A stretch of DNA of 64,000 nt from an uncultured Gammaproteobacteria bacterium (GTDB taxonomy: Bacteria; Patescibacteriota; Patescibacteriia; VMEV01; CAZAJQ01), in NCBI GenBank assembly GCA_964485795.1, contig CAZAJQ010000007.1, forward strand, positions 3,880-67,879, given 5' to 3'. Positions 56,150 through 64,000 of this stretch are shown here, in pieces. Below the pieces are notes generated by a model. That model was not told where the DNA came from, made no database searches, and saw only the letters and a list, made by a program, of their open reading frames with translations. A program made the position numbers and the translations under genes. Numbering within the stretch: the stretch's first letter is position 1; each line of letters opens with the position of its first letter.

Positions 56150-56974
56150 ATGTCTCCCACCACACTCGGAATCATCGGTTATGGATTTGTCGGAAAAGCT
56201 GTCGAACATGGATTTCGCGATGAAAATCATGAAATCCTGATCCACGACAAATTCAAACCATCTCAAGGTCTCGAAAAAGTCGCTGCCGAAAGTGATTTTC
56301 TTTTTGTTTGCGTACCGACGCCGTACAAAAACGACGCCATCGATCTCACCATCATGGACGAAGTTTTGAAACATCTGACGCAATATACCGATGGCACAAA
56401 AAAAATCGTCATCATCAAATCCACGGTTATCCCCGGGACGACGGAACATTACATCAAAAAGTACCCTTCTTCGAATTTTTGTTTCAACCCGGAATTTCTC
56501 ACGGAAAAAAATCATCTCGACGATTTCATCCATGCCGATCGCATCGTCATCGGCGCGGAACATGAGATGATCCTCGATAGGGTTGAAAATCTGTATACAC
56601 GGAAATTCCCCGACACTCCCCTCTTTCGCGCAAAAACCAAGGAAGCCGAAATGTGCAAATACATGGCGAATTGTTTGCTCATGACCAAAGTGATATTCGC
56701 AAACGAGATCTATGACCTGTGCGAATCCTTTGAGATTGATTATAACGCCGTCAAAGACATGGTGGCGGCGGACAAACGCATCGGCTCGTCGCATCTTACG
56801 GTAACAAAGGAACGGGGTTTCGGCGGAAAATGCTTTCCAAAAGACTTGATCGCGATACTCGCCTCGTTTCGGGAACGAGGCGTGGATGCAAGCGTACTCG
56901 AAACGATTTTTGAGAAGAATCTGCGCATCCGAAGGAAAAGAGACTGGGAGGAGATTCCCTTTGTGAAGGGATGA
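56150..56974 (+). CDS. UDP-glucose/GDP-mannose dehydrogenase-family protein, short (275 aa); appears to lack the C-terminal UDP-sugar-binding domain
   Basis: Rossmann motif LGIIGYGFVGKAV and catalytic-Cys motif GFGGKCFPKDL, with only about 45 aa after the Cys. The ORF is listed from 56021, but the Met at 56150 precedes the Rossmann motif. Confidence 0.6.
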   Translation: MSPTTLGIIGYGFVGKAVEHGFRDENHEILIHDKFKPSQGLEKVAAESDFLFVCVPTPYKNDAIDLTIMDEVLKHLTQYTDGTKKIVIIKSTVIPGTTEHYIKKYPSSNFCFNPEFLTEKNHLDDFIHADRIVIGAEHEMILDRVENLYTRKFPDTPLFRAKTKEAEMCKYMANCLLMTKVIFANEIYDLCESFEIDYNAVKDMVAADKRIGSSHLTVTKERGFGGKCFPKDLIAILASFRERGVDASVLETIFEKNLRIRRKRDWEEIPFVKG

Positions 56975-57170
56975 GAAAATACGACTGCGAAAGAAGCTCC
57001 TTTTAAAAAAAAATCAAGGGCAATCAACAATGATCGCCCTTTTTTGTTATAGAAAAAATGCAAGGGGAACTCATTAAACCATAGGAAAATAGGAAAATGG
57101 CTTTCATGAGCAAAAAAAGCATATATGCGGGGAGCCAGAGGAAGCGAGTGGCTCGCGAGCCGCCCGTATC

Positions 57171-57208
57171 GAAAAAAAATGAAGAGATGCTTTTTAAGGG
57201 CATCTCTT
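57171..57208 (-). terminator. Intrinsic terminator (minus strand), module copy 1
   Basis: AAGAGATGC-TTTTTAAGG-GCATCTCTT with AAAAAAAA upstream on the + strand, giving a U-run on the minus strand. It is preceded by the conserved GAGCCGCCCGTA flank. Confidence 0.55.
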
Positions 57209-57222
57209 TGAGAAAGATTTTT

Positions 57223-58335
57223 TTATTTTAAAATTATTGACCACCTCTCCGCCGGAACAGTTCGCTCAGTCCCCGCGGAAATGATTTTGCCGCCGATATC
57301 AAAAACCGAATAAGTGTTTCCCGCGGGAAATGAGAGCTTCACGTCAAAAACATTATTGTTGTACACGACAATGCTCTTCGTTCTTTCGGTGAAAAAGACG
57401 TTTTGAGCGGTACCGCCGGCGTCGGTCACCTTGATGCCGGCATACACATTGGTGCTGAGCGGCTCGCCAAGGGCATTGCCATAATCCCTGCCGACTATGG
57501 CAGGAGTCGTAACATCACTGCGATCCGTGGATATCTTGGTTAAAGAAAACCAAAGATTTTTATAACCTTTCGCATCGTAGTGCAAAACCAACCCCACGAG
57601 ATCCACTTCATGTCTCAGTTTTTCGGCATCCGTACTGACCGTACTCTGATCCGCTTCAATCATATAACGGACATCTTTGTTTGCCGGGATAAACTGTACA
57701 TAATCCTTGGCGCGAAGGGACTCATCACCGCAAATAATGGTGGTATTATTGCGATAGGAATGAGTTTTTCTCAAATTCCACTGAAAACTCCCATTTATGC
57801 CTCCGCAGCTCATCAACATCACATATCCTTTGGCTTTAATCTCATCGATGATCGTTGATATTCCTGCGGTGTCCTTATCAACCGAGTCAAGAAATACGCC
57901 AAAGGTCGCATCATTGGTGTTGGTCGGCTTCACAGAGTTGATATAGCTCCAAAACTTGATGCGAACCGTATCAAGCTCAAACTTGACACGGTATCTGCCG
58001 TCAAATTCGTCCGCGATATCAGAACCGGTGAGATTTCCCCATTTTCCAAGCAAATTGCTCGGCTCGGATCGTGTGGGATAATACAATGCGACAATCGTCT
58101 TTGGCTGTAAAAATCTCAGATCAGTGCTCGCATTCGTGGAATTGGTCCATCCTTTCACCGGACCGATGATCGTCAATTTTTGCAGCTGATCCACGGCGAT
58201 GAGAAGGCCAAATTGGGGGATCTGATATTCGGGAGGCTGGGGAGCCGGATCCGGCTTTGGCTTCGGACACCCCAAAAAGCATTGGAACAATAAGAACACG
58301 AGCACCATGAAAAGACATCTCATGAGCTTTTTCAT
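57223..58335 (-). CDS. Hypothetical lipoprotein
   Basis: MKKLMRCLFMVLVFLLFQCFLGC gives a lipobox-like FLGC followed by a Pro-rich linker PKPKPDPAPQPPEY. Confidence 0.5.
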   Translation of the reverse strand: MKKLMRCLFMVLVFLLFQCFLGCPKPKPDPAPQPPEYQIPQFGLLIAVDQLQKLTIIGPVKGWTNSTNASTDLRFLQPKTIVALYYPTRSEPSNLLGKWGNLTGSDIADEFDGRYRVKFELDTVRIKFWSYINSVKPTNTNDATFGVFLDSVDKDTAGISTIIDEIKAKGYVMLMSCGGINGSFQWNLRKTHSYRNNTTIICGDESLRAKDYVQFIPANKDVRYMIEADQSTVSTDAEKLRHEVDLVGLVLHYDAKGYKNLWFSLTKISTDRSDVTTPAIVGRDYGNALGEPLSTNVYAGIKVTDAGGTAQNVFFTERTKSIVVYNNNVFDVKLSFPAGNTYSVFDIGGKIISAGTERTVPAERWSIILK

Positions 58336-58533
58336 GTCATGACTCCTAAAAAAAGGAAAGACCTCTTCAGAGGCCAAAAAATTTCAAACGACATTCAAGA
58401 AATCATCGAAAGATAGCATGAAGAAAAATGAAATGCAATGGCAAAAATGAAAGAGAGGGCGAACGGCTCGCCAATCCTTCGCCTACCGACTCAGCAGGCT
58501 ATTGATGACACACGAGCCGCCCGTACAAATTTT

Positions 58534-58569
58534 CTCAAAAGAAAAAGAGATGCCCCCATTGCATCTCTT
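58534..58569 (-). terminator. Intrinsic terminator (minus strand), module copy 2
   Basis: AAGAGATGC-CCCCATT-GCATCTCTT with an A-rich run upstream on the + strand. It has the same flanks (ACGAGCCGCCCGTACAAA ... TTTTAAAATT) as the copy at 57171-57208. Confidence 0.55.
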
Positions 58570-58581
58570 TTAAAATTTTTT

Positions 58582-59301
58582 CTAATATTTTCTTTCCCTC
58601 ACATCTCTTCCGTTGAGTGTGATATCTCCCATGAAGGATTTATGTGCAATTTCTATGCAATGAAAATTGCCTTTAAGGCGGATATCACCGCTGCCATAAG
58701 TGCTGGCAAAAACATTTTTCGCGCATCCGGTGATTTTTACGTCGCCCATTCCTTTATTCAGGATTGAAAGAGTAGAAAACTCCAGTCCATCCGCATTGAA
58801 ATCCGAAATATTATCATGATGAATTTGCAAATGGGCATCGATTTTCCCCATGCCTCGCATCTTCCGACAATCATTGATCCGAACTTCCGTCCTGCATGGG
58901 ACATAGATGGTCACGGATTTTGCAAAAATGCTGTCTTTGCCGTCAATGATGACCGTGTCTCCTACTTTTTCGACCGTCGTTCTGACAAAGGAATCGTCAT
59001 CCATCACGATTCTAATTTTTCTCCCATCCGCGGGACGAAACGTGATACACTCGCGGTAATTTTTAATCAACAAATTTTTTGCTGAGGGCTGATTTGAAGA
59101 GTGGTGAACATGTCGAGGTTCAGAAACATCAGACTTCCCGACTTTGTAAGTCGTGTTTCGAAACTCATGGGATTCGTATCTTTCGCTCCCCGAGTCCCCT
59201 GAGTAATAGGAGTAGCTCGCAAATCGAGATCCCGTAAGCCATGCATCACATCCGGAAACCATAGTGAGAACCAGAAAAAAAAGAGCATAATGTGTATTCA
59301 T
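58582..59301 (-). CDS. Lipoprotein with GIN/DUF2807-like beta-helical repeats
   Basis: Lipobox LTMVSGC and the repeats GDVKITGCAKNV, GSGDIRLKGNF, GDITLNG. Confidence 0.45.
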   Translation of the reverse strand: MNTHYALFFLVLTMVSGCDAWLTGSRFASYSYYSGDSGSERYESHEFRNTTYKVGKSDVSEPRHVHHSSNQPSAKNLLIKNYRECITFRPADGRKIRIVMDDDSFVRTTVEKVGDTVIIDGKDSIFAKSVTIYVPCRTEVRINDCRKMRGMGKIDAHLQIHHDNISDFNADGLEFSTLSILNKGMGDVKITGCAKNVFASTYGSGDIRLKGNFHCIEIAHKSFMGDITLNGRDVRERKY

Positions 59302-59630
59302 TTTTCGAACTTTTCAAAAAATAGTGAAATATACCCGTCAAAACACTTTAACGGAGTGGTATTTATAACATATTTATCCATAAATAGCAATATTTTTCAC
59401 AATTTTTGTTTTAAAAATGACAATTAATTAAGAGCGATGGAATCAATCATCCCTGATGAAAAAAAATAATCGTCCATACTCTACTGCTGAGCAAATATTC
59501 TCTTATAGCCATTTTTGTGCTAAGATATAGTAAAAAATTACTAACCGAATCAGTCTCACAAAATACTAAATTTGACAAAAATAATACTTTGTGATTAAAT
59601 GTATAGTTCTTTCAATCATAAACTTCCCCA

Positions 59631-59743
59631 AAAAACGCTCGGTGATGCAAGGATTTGATGAATGAGATGTTCATGAAAGCCTTGTTTTACCGAAAATGTT
59701 TTTCGATAAACGTTCTATTTATTTTTTAAAAAAGGAGTTCGAC
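59631..59743 (+). promoter_or_regulatory. Conserved 5' region (promoter/leader), copy 1 of 2
   Basis: AAAAAACGCTCGGTGATGCAAGGATTTGATGAATGAGATGTTCATGAAAGCCTTGTTTTACCGAAAATGTTTTTCG..AAGGAGTTCGAC is almost identical to 60393-60508. Confidence 0.55.
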
Positions 59744-60349
59744 ATGGAAAAGATCTTATTCGTGCTTGTGCTCTGCCTATTCAGTCTGGTTTCCTGTGTG
59801 TCTAGTACAGTCATAGATGAACCAGAAAATTCACTAAAAATGGTATTGGGATATAATGTTCAAACCACATCCGAAAATACCAGACACGTGATAAAATTAA
59901 CCGTGAAAAACTATGACAATGCAGAAATGCAAACGATAAAAATCGTTTGTGAAGAAATCGAACAAGGAACCCAGCTGGAAGCAAAATATGTTCCAGAAGG
60001 GAACAACAATATAAACTTTCAGGAAAAGTTTATAAATGGGTACGTAAAAGCGAGAAAACTTCTTTTGTATAATGACACAGGGATGGCGATTCGGTTTGGT
60101 GAATTCATACTTAAAACAAACCATGCTTTCCCATGCTACATCTTAGACGGAAGAATTTTTTCTGTGGAACCAGATAAACATCTAGAAAGATGGTCAAACA
60201 AAATTCCCCCTTTGACATTCTTTGCAAAGAAACGAAAAAACCTAGTTCAGGTTCATGCCCAATCACAACGCGATGTGATTCCAAACACCTACTCAGGTTC
60301 CAGCCCTCCAATGGTCGGATTCGGATATAGCGGTGGCGGGCCAAAATAA
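59744..60349 (+). CDS. Hypothetical lipoprotein
   Basis: ATG at 59744 lies after the AAGGAG RBS. MEKILFVLVLCLFSLVSC gives a lipobox. The ORF-track start 59696 lies inside the duplicated leader. Confidence 0.6.
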   Translation: MEKILFVLVLCLFSLVSCVSSTVIDEPENSLKMVLGYNVQTTSENTRHVIKLTVKNYDNAEMQTIKIVCEEIEQGTQLEAKYVPEGNNNINFQEKFINGYVKARKLLLYNDTGMAIRFGEFILKTNHAFPCYILDGRIFSVEPDKHLERWSNKIPPLTFFAKKRKNLVQVHAQSQRDVIPNTYSGSSPPMVGFGYSGGGPK

Positions 60350-60351
60350 TA

Positions 60352-60389
60352 ATGAGAGACTGATATGAATATTCATATCAGTCTCTCAT
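60352..60389. terminator. Perfect 17-bp palindromic hairpin (terminator-like) between the two lipoprotein genes
   Basis: ATGAGAGACTGATATGAAT|ATTCATATCAGTCTCTCAT. Confidence 0.45.
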
Positions 60390-60392
60390 TAA

Positions 60393-60508
60393 AAAACGCT
60401 CGGTGATGCAAGGATTTGATGAATGAGATGTTCATGAAAGCCTTGTTTTACCGAAAATGTTTTTCGGTAAACGTTCTATTTATTTTTTTTAAAAAAAGGA
60501 GTTCTGAC
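60393..60508 (+). promoter_or_regulatory. Conserved 5' region (promoter/leader), copy 2 of 2
   Basis: Same sequence as 59631-59743, with small indels in the T-run and one substitution. Confidence 0.55.
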
Positions 60509-61093
60509 ATGGAAAAACAGTTACTCGCGATTTTTTTGCTTACTTTATTCTGTGTCGGTTGTACGACACCGGAAATCCATGAAAATCCTAATCTCAAAGA
60601 AATGAACATAGAGCTTCCTCATCGTTCGCTCCACGGATACTCAATTTATGACAGTTTCATGGTTGGCGGCGTCATGTTTAAAGACGACACTTTGGAACGT
60701 TTAGCAGCCGTCGAAAATGGCGAAAAACTGATACTCGAAATGTATTACCTAGAAAACGTTCATGGAAATGCTTGTTTTGTACAGTTAATTACAAGCGGAA
60801 AAGATTCTAGTTTTGTCACTGAAGCCTGCCTCAATAAAATCGATAAAAATAGCGATCGAAAAATCGATTTAAAAGAAATCATCCATTCCTATGAAGACCT
60901 CATAAACAATATTATCCTGAAATACAAAAAAAGTTTTCCAGAATTGGAAAAATTCCCATTGGGGAAATACCCGAATGCGTTAACCATTATTTGTGTCATG
61001 GGAAAGTCGTTTCAGGAAGAAAAAAATGTAAAACACATATACCTCTTTTCTTTGCAAAAAAGAGGTGAAAAAATTTTCCTTGAAAAAAAATAA
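60509..61093 (+). CDS. Hypothetical lipoprotein
   Basis: ATG at 60509 lies after AAGGAG. MEKQLLAIFLLTLFCVGC gives a lipobox. The mature protein is unrelated to the neighbouring lipoprotein. Confidence 0.6.
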   Translation: MEKQLLAIFLLTLFCVGCTTPEIHENPNLKEMNIELPHRSLHGYSIYDSFMVGGVMFKDDTLERLAAVENGEKLILEMYYLENVHGNACFVQLITSGKDSSFVTEACLNKIDKNSDRKIDLKEIIHSYEDLINNIILKYKKSFPELEKFPLGKYPNALTIICVMGKSFQEEKNVKHIYLFSLQKRGEKIFLEKK

Positions 61094-61109
61094 TACATTA
61101 CGTAATATT

Positions 61110-61154
61110 CCCCCGAGATGCGAGCATCTTCGGGGGATATTTTTTTAAAAATTT
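61110..61154 (+). terminator. Intrinsic terminator
   Basis: CCCCCGAGATGC-GA-GCATCTTCGGGGG, followed by ATATTTTTTT. Confidence 0.6.
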
Positions 61155-61180
61155 GCAGGGGTCGGTCGCGACCGCCCCCT
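61137..61180 (-). terminator. Intrinsic terminator for the convergent transporter gene
   Basis: GGGGTCGGTCG|CGACCGCCCC is a near-palindrome, with a T-run on the minus strand (AAATTTTTAAAAAAA on the + strand). Confidence 0.5.
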
Positions 61181-61186
61181 ACAAAT

Positions 61187-62536
61187 TCATATCAACAAAC
61201 TCTGCGCATACCACACGCCAATCGCCACCAAATACCCTACCAATGCGGGAAAACTCGCAAGCCGCAAATACGATTTCATCGTCAAATCTTTCAGCATGCC
61301 CATGGCCACGACACCGGCGGCGGATCCTATGACAAGCAGTGACCCTCCAGTGCCGACCGTCAAAGCGAGCAGGGACCAAATCTTGGGATCCGTCGATTTC
61401 AATGACTCGATCGCTATGGCCGTCAAAGGGACATTGTCCAAAATCGCGGAAATGAATCCGAGTGCCGTATTTCCCGCAAGAAATGTCATCAATGTCGGGT
61501 TCTCTCCATAAACGAAATGCGTCAATGAATCCAAAATTCCCAAAGCCTTGAGTCCGGCAACGGCGAGCAAAATGCCGATGAAAAATTTCAGCGACGTAAT
61601 GTCGGTCTTTTTTATGAATTTATCGATATCCGCATCCAAATGAGTGTTGCATTGCACGTCGAATTTTTTAAAAGTCTCAATCACCACCCAGACGCATCCG
61701 AAACCAAGAAGAATCCCCATATACGGCGGAAGCCCCAAGGCGTTCATGACAAGGGACAGGAAAAAACTCACAAAAACCGAACCGATGACGAATTTTTCGC
61801 TTGCGGTCATCACGCAGGCCGTTTCAAGGGGCTCATCGTCTTTATTGACGACGCTCTTTGGCCGCAAGAGAAACATGGTCGTAAAAAGTATCGAGAGAGC
61901 CGGTAAAAATGCGTAATGCATGATCTCGGTGGCCGAAAACTTGTGCGCGAGCCAGAGCATGATCGTCGTCACATCGCCGATCGGGGAAAAAGCCCCTCCG
62001 GCGTTTGCCGCGATCACGATGGCCGCACCGGCTCGAAGCAAATCTTCGCCCTTGAAAAATCGTCGCGCGATCTGGATCATGACGATGGTCGTAGTGAGAT
62101 TATCCAGCACCGCGGAAGTGAAAAACGTGATGGTCGTAATGAGAAAAAATTGTCCCTGCTGAGAAAGCCCGAAGGAATACATCTTCATCCTGATAAGATC
62201 GAAAAAACGATAATGCACCAAAATCTCCACCAAGGACATGGCTGAGAGAAGAAATATGACCAAACCGAAAATTTCTCCGGAAAATTCATGCAAATAGGCG
62301 GCATAGTCATGAGGCGCGACAAGAGCCACGGTAATCCACATCACGGCTCCCAGCACCAAAGCGATTGCGGCCTTATTGACATGGAATTTATGCTCGAGAG
62401 CTATAAACGCGTAACCAAGCAAAAAAAGCGAAGAAGCGAAGATTTGTACACCCGTCATATGACGCAAGATTTTCCAATCTTCCTCTCTGAAACGCATTGC
62501 TGATAAAACCTGCAACGACTTCAAAATTTCCGACAT
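61187..62536 (-). CDS. ArsB/NhaD-superfamily ion transporter (NhaD-like Na+/H+ antiporter or anion permease)
   Basis: 449 aa with about 11 TM segments and the two-repeat architecture of the ArsB/NhaD permease superfamily. Confidence 0.6.
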   Translation of the reverse strand: MSEILKSLQVLSAMRFREEDWKILRHMTGVQIFASSLFLLGYAFIALEHKFHVNKAAIALVLGAVMWITVALVAPHDYAAYLHEFSGEIFGLVIFLLSAMSLVEILVHYRFFDLIRMKMYSFGLSQQGQFFLITTITFFTSAVLDNLTTTIVMIQIARRFFKGEDLLRAGAAIVIAANAGGAFSPIGDVTTIMLWLAHKFSATEIMHYAFLPALSILFTTMFLLRPKSVVNKDDEPLETACVMTASEKFVIGSVFVSFFLSLVMNALGLPPYMGILLGFGCVWVVIETFKKFDVQCNTHLDADIDKFIKKTDITSLKFFIGILLAVAGLKALGILDSLTHFVYGENPTLMTFLAGNTALGFISAILDNVPLTAIAIESLKSTDPKIWSLLALTVGTGGSLLVIGSAAGVVAMGMLKDLTMKSYLRLASFPALVGYLVAIGVWYAQSLLI

Positions 62537-62884
62537 TGCATGCCATTTTTCAGCCGTTTCGGATCAATCAGCGACCAGCGAATTTCAAAGCCAAATATTG
62601 GAAAATCAATTATGTTACGATGTTTAACGATGACCTGAGAACTTAAAACTCAGTACTCAGTTCTCAGTACTTCAGCAAAAAAAATAAAAAAAGTGCGTAC
62701 ACATCTCCCGATCTTTTATCTTTTTTTTAAAAAAAATAATCTGGGAGAATACCCGCACATATGTTCACGTCGTTTCCAAAAATTAAATTCTCATCCCCAA
62801 AAAAGTAATTCCGCAACAAGGTATTTGGTATTTTTGTGCGGGAATAAATCAATTTGGTCCATGATACTCCGGTTTTTGAGAATG

Positions 62885-63625
62885 TCAATGAATCGGATTT
62901 CGGTAAAAAAAATCCTTTTTTGAAAAAACCTTTGACGCGATAATCGGAGTCGATACTATCCGGCATTGAGGCAGCAATACGCATCCCGGTCCGATGGTCA
63001 CGTTGACTCCCAGCTGAACTTCATCGCCGATGATGGCGCCGAGTTTTTTCATTCCCGTATCCGTGCCGTCGACAACAATATTTTTTTCATCAAAACGGAG
63101 ATTGGCCACCTTCGCGCCGGCTCCGAAATGAACGCGAGCGCCCAAGATCGAATCGCCGACATAATTGAAATGATCGAGTCTTACCCCGTTCATGAGTATC
63201 GAGCGAATCGCTTCCGTGCCATGCCCGATCACGCAATCGTCTCCGGTAACGACATTTCCGCGTATGTAGGCGCCGCTGCGTATCTCGCAATTTTTTCCGA
63301 TAATCGCCGGCCCCTTGATCACGACGCCCGGCTCAATCGCCGTCCCCTCCCCGATGCTCACAAATCCGTCAAAAAAAACATTTGAACCAAAATCGTGCTT
63401 TTGACTCGCCGCATTTTTCCCGCAATACGCGTCCAACCTGCGAATGGGATCCCAAAGATTTTCGCTTCTCAAAAAAAGTTCTTGAAACTCCTCGGGAATA
63501 TTTTGAAAAAAATCCGAAAAAATATATCGGACATCCGGATTTGGCATAGGATAATATAAATCGCAAAAAAAATTATTCGAAGGTAAATAATTCATCCAAC
63601 AAAAATCTCCCGCGTTCCTTTTCAT
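62885..63625 (-). CDS. Left-handed beta-helix (hexapeptide-repeat) protein, GlmU C-terminal-like
   Basis: Hexapeptide repeats GEGTAIEPGVVIKGPAIIGKNCEIRSGAYIRGNVVTGDDCVIGHGTEA ... GARVHFGAGAKVANL. The start may be an internal Met. Confidence 0.6.
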   Translation of the reverse strand: MKRNAGDFCWMNYLPSNNFFCDLYYPMPNPDVRYIFSDFFQNIPEEFQELFLRSENLWDPIRRLDAYCGKNAASQKHDFGSNVFFDGFVSIGEGTAIEPGVVIKGPAIIGKNCEIRSGAYIRGNVVTGDDCVIGHGTEAIRSILMNGVRLDHFNYVGDSILGARVHFGAGAKVANLRFDEKNIVVDGTDTGMKKLGAIIGDEVQLGVNVTIGPGCVLLPQCRIVSTPIIASKVFSKKDFFYRNPIH

Positions 63626-64000
63626 GAAACTTCAAAGGATCAAAATCCACGATCTTGGCGTGCGAAATTTTCTCCCGATCGTCAAGCAATTCTCCCCATA
63701 GGGCGTGATCCTCGCACTGATGCACTCTCTTAAAGAAAATAATATCCAAAGACTTGGGAAGATATTTTTCAAGCGCCGACGCCGTTTCCGAAAACGTTTG
63801 CGGTCCGAATTCTTTTTTCAGCCCGTATTCGTCCGAGATAATGGCGCATAATGTCGCGGATGATGCCGCAATCGCCTCTTTGATGCCAGTGGGCAGAAGA
63901 GAAGCGATCACGCTCGTGTAGAGACTACCGGGACCAAAAATCAAAACATCGGCATTATTGATAACCTCCAAAACTTCCGGCCTGGCGGAAACGCGTGGAA
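63573..64000 (-). CDS. CofD/YvcK (UPF0052) family protein, partial; the N-terminal part lies beyond the window end
   Basis: ADVLIFGPGSLYTSVIASLLPTGIKEAI is the conserved C-terminal motif of the 2-phospho-L-lactate transferase / YvcK gluconeogenesis-factor family. The listed Met at 63971 is probably internal. Confidence 0.55.
   Translation of the reverse strand, partial: PRVSARPEVLEVINNADVLIFGPGSLYTSVIASLLPTGIKEAIAASSATLCAIISDEYGLKKEFGPQTFSETASALEKYLPKSLDIIFFKRVHQCEDHALWGELLDDREKISHAKIVDFDPLKFHEKERGRFLLDELFTFE

Noticed and set aside
1-64000. CRISPR arrays and rRNA genes
   Set aside because: No regularly spaced direct repeats with unique spacers were seen. The only periodic repeats are the hairpin elements and terminator modules. 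No long stretch with rRNA-like conserved motifs is present.

Overview
This window looks like a bacterial chromosome segment with a small-genome, possibly CPR/Patescibacteria-like, gene repertoire. Genes are short and densely packed. Several type IV pilin/pseudopilin genes, a GspE/PilB ATPase and many secreted lipoproteins are present, alongside housekeeping genes: rsmE, typA, the dnaG-rpoD macromolecular synthesis pair, cysS, gyrA, rpsA and ftsH. Two tRNAs are present: tRNA-Asn(GTT) at 30951-31026 and tRNA-Ser(GGA) at 40916-41005. No rRNA and no CRISPR array were seen. The main accessory region is a roughly 13 kb integrated element (about 17.6-31.0 kb) at the 3' end of tRNA-Asn. It carries a large serine recombinase, an excisionase-like HTH protein and a CHC2-zinc-finger/TOPRIM/P-loop primase-helicase. 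It also carries a DpnII/MboI-type GATC restriction-modification cassette (Dam-family methyltransferase, DpnII-like endonuclease, second methyltransferase). Translationally coupled to the 3' end of that cassette are three uncharacterised genes: a 198 aa protein, a 1023 aa helical protein with no detectable catalytic motif, and a 246 aa SWIM zinc-finger protein. This operon is the best candidate for an undescribed defence-associated system. Other notable items: (1) two inverted copies, 47 kb apart, of a roughly 200-260 bp GC-rich nested-hairpin element (1121-1330 and 47860-48125); (2) an unannotated 29-codon Cys-rich peptide gene (6329-6418); (3) a 22-bp perfect hairpin with an alternative downstream pairing partner in the leader of a truncated UDP-glucose-dehydrogenase-like gene; (4) a duplicated roughly 115 bp 5' region driving two unrelated lipoprotein genes; (5) an ABC ATPase with no canonical start codon. 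All calls rest on reading the sequence and on remembered family signatures. No database search was run.
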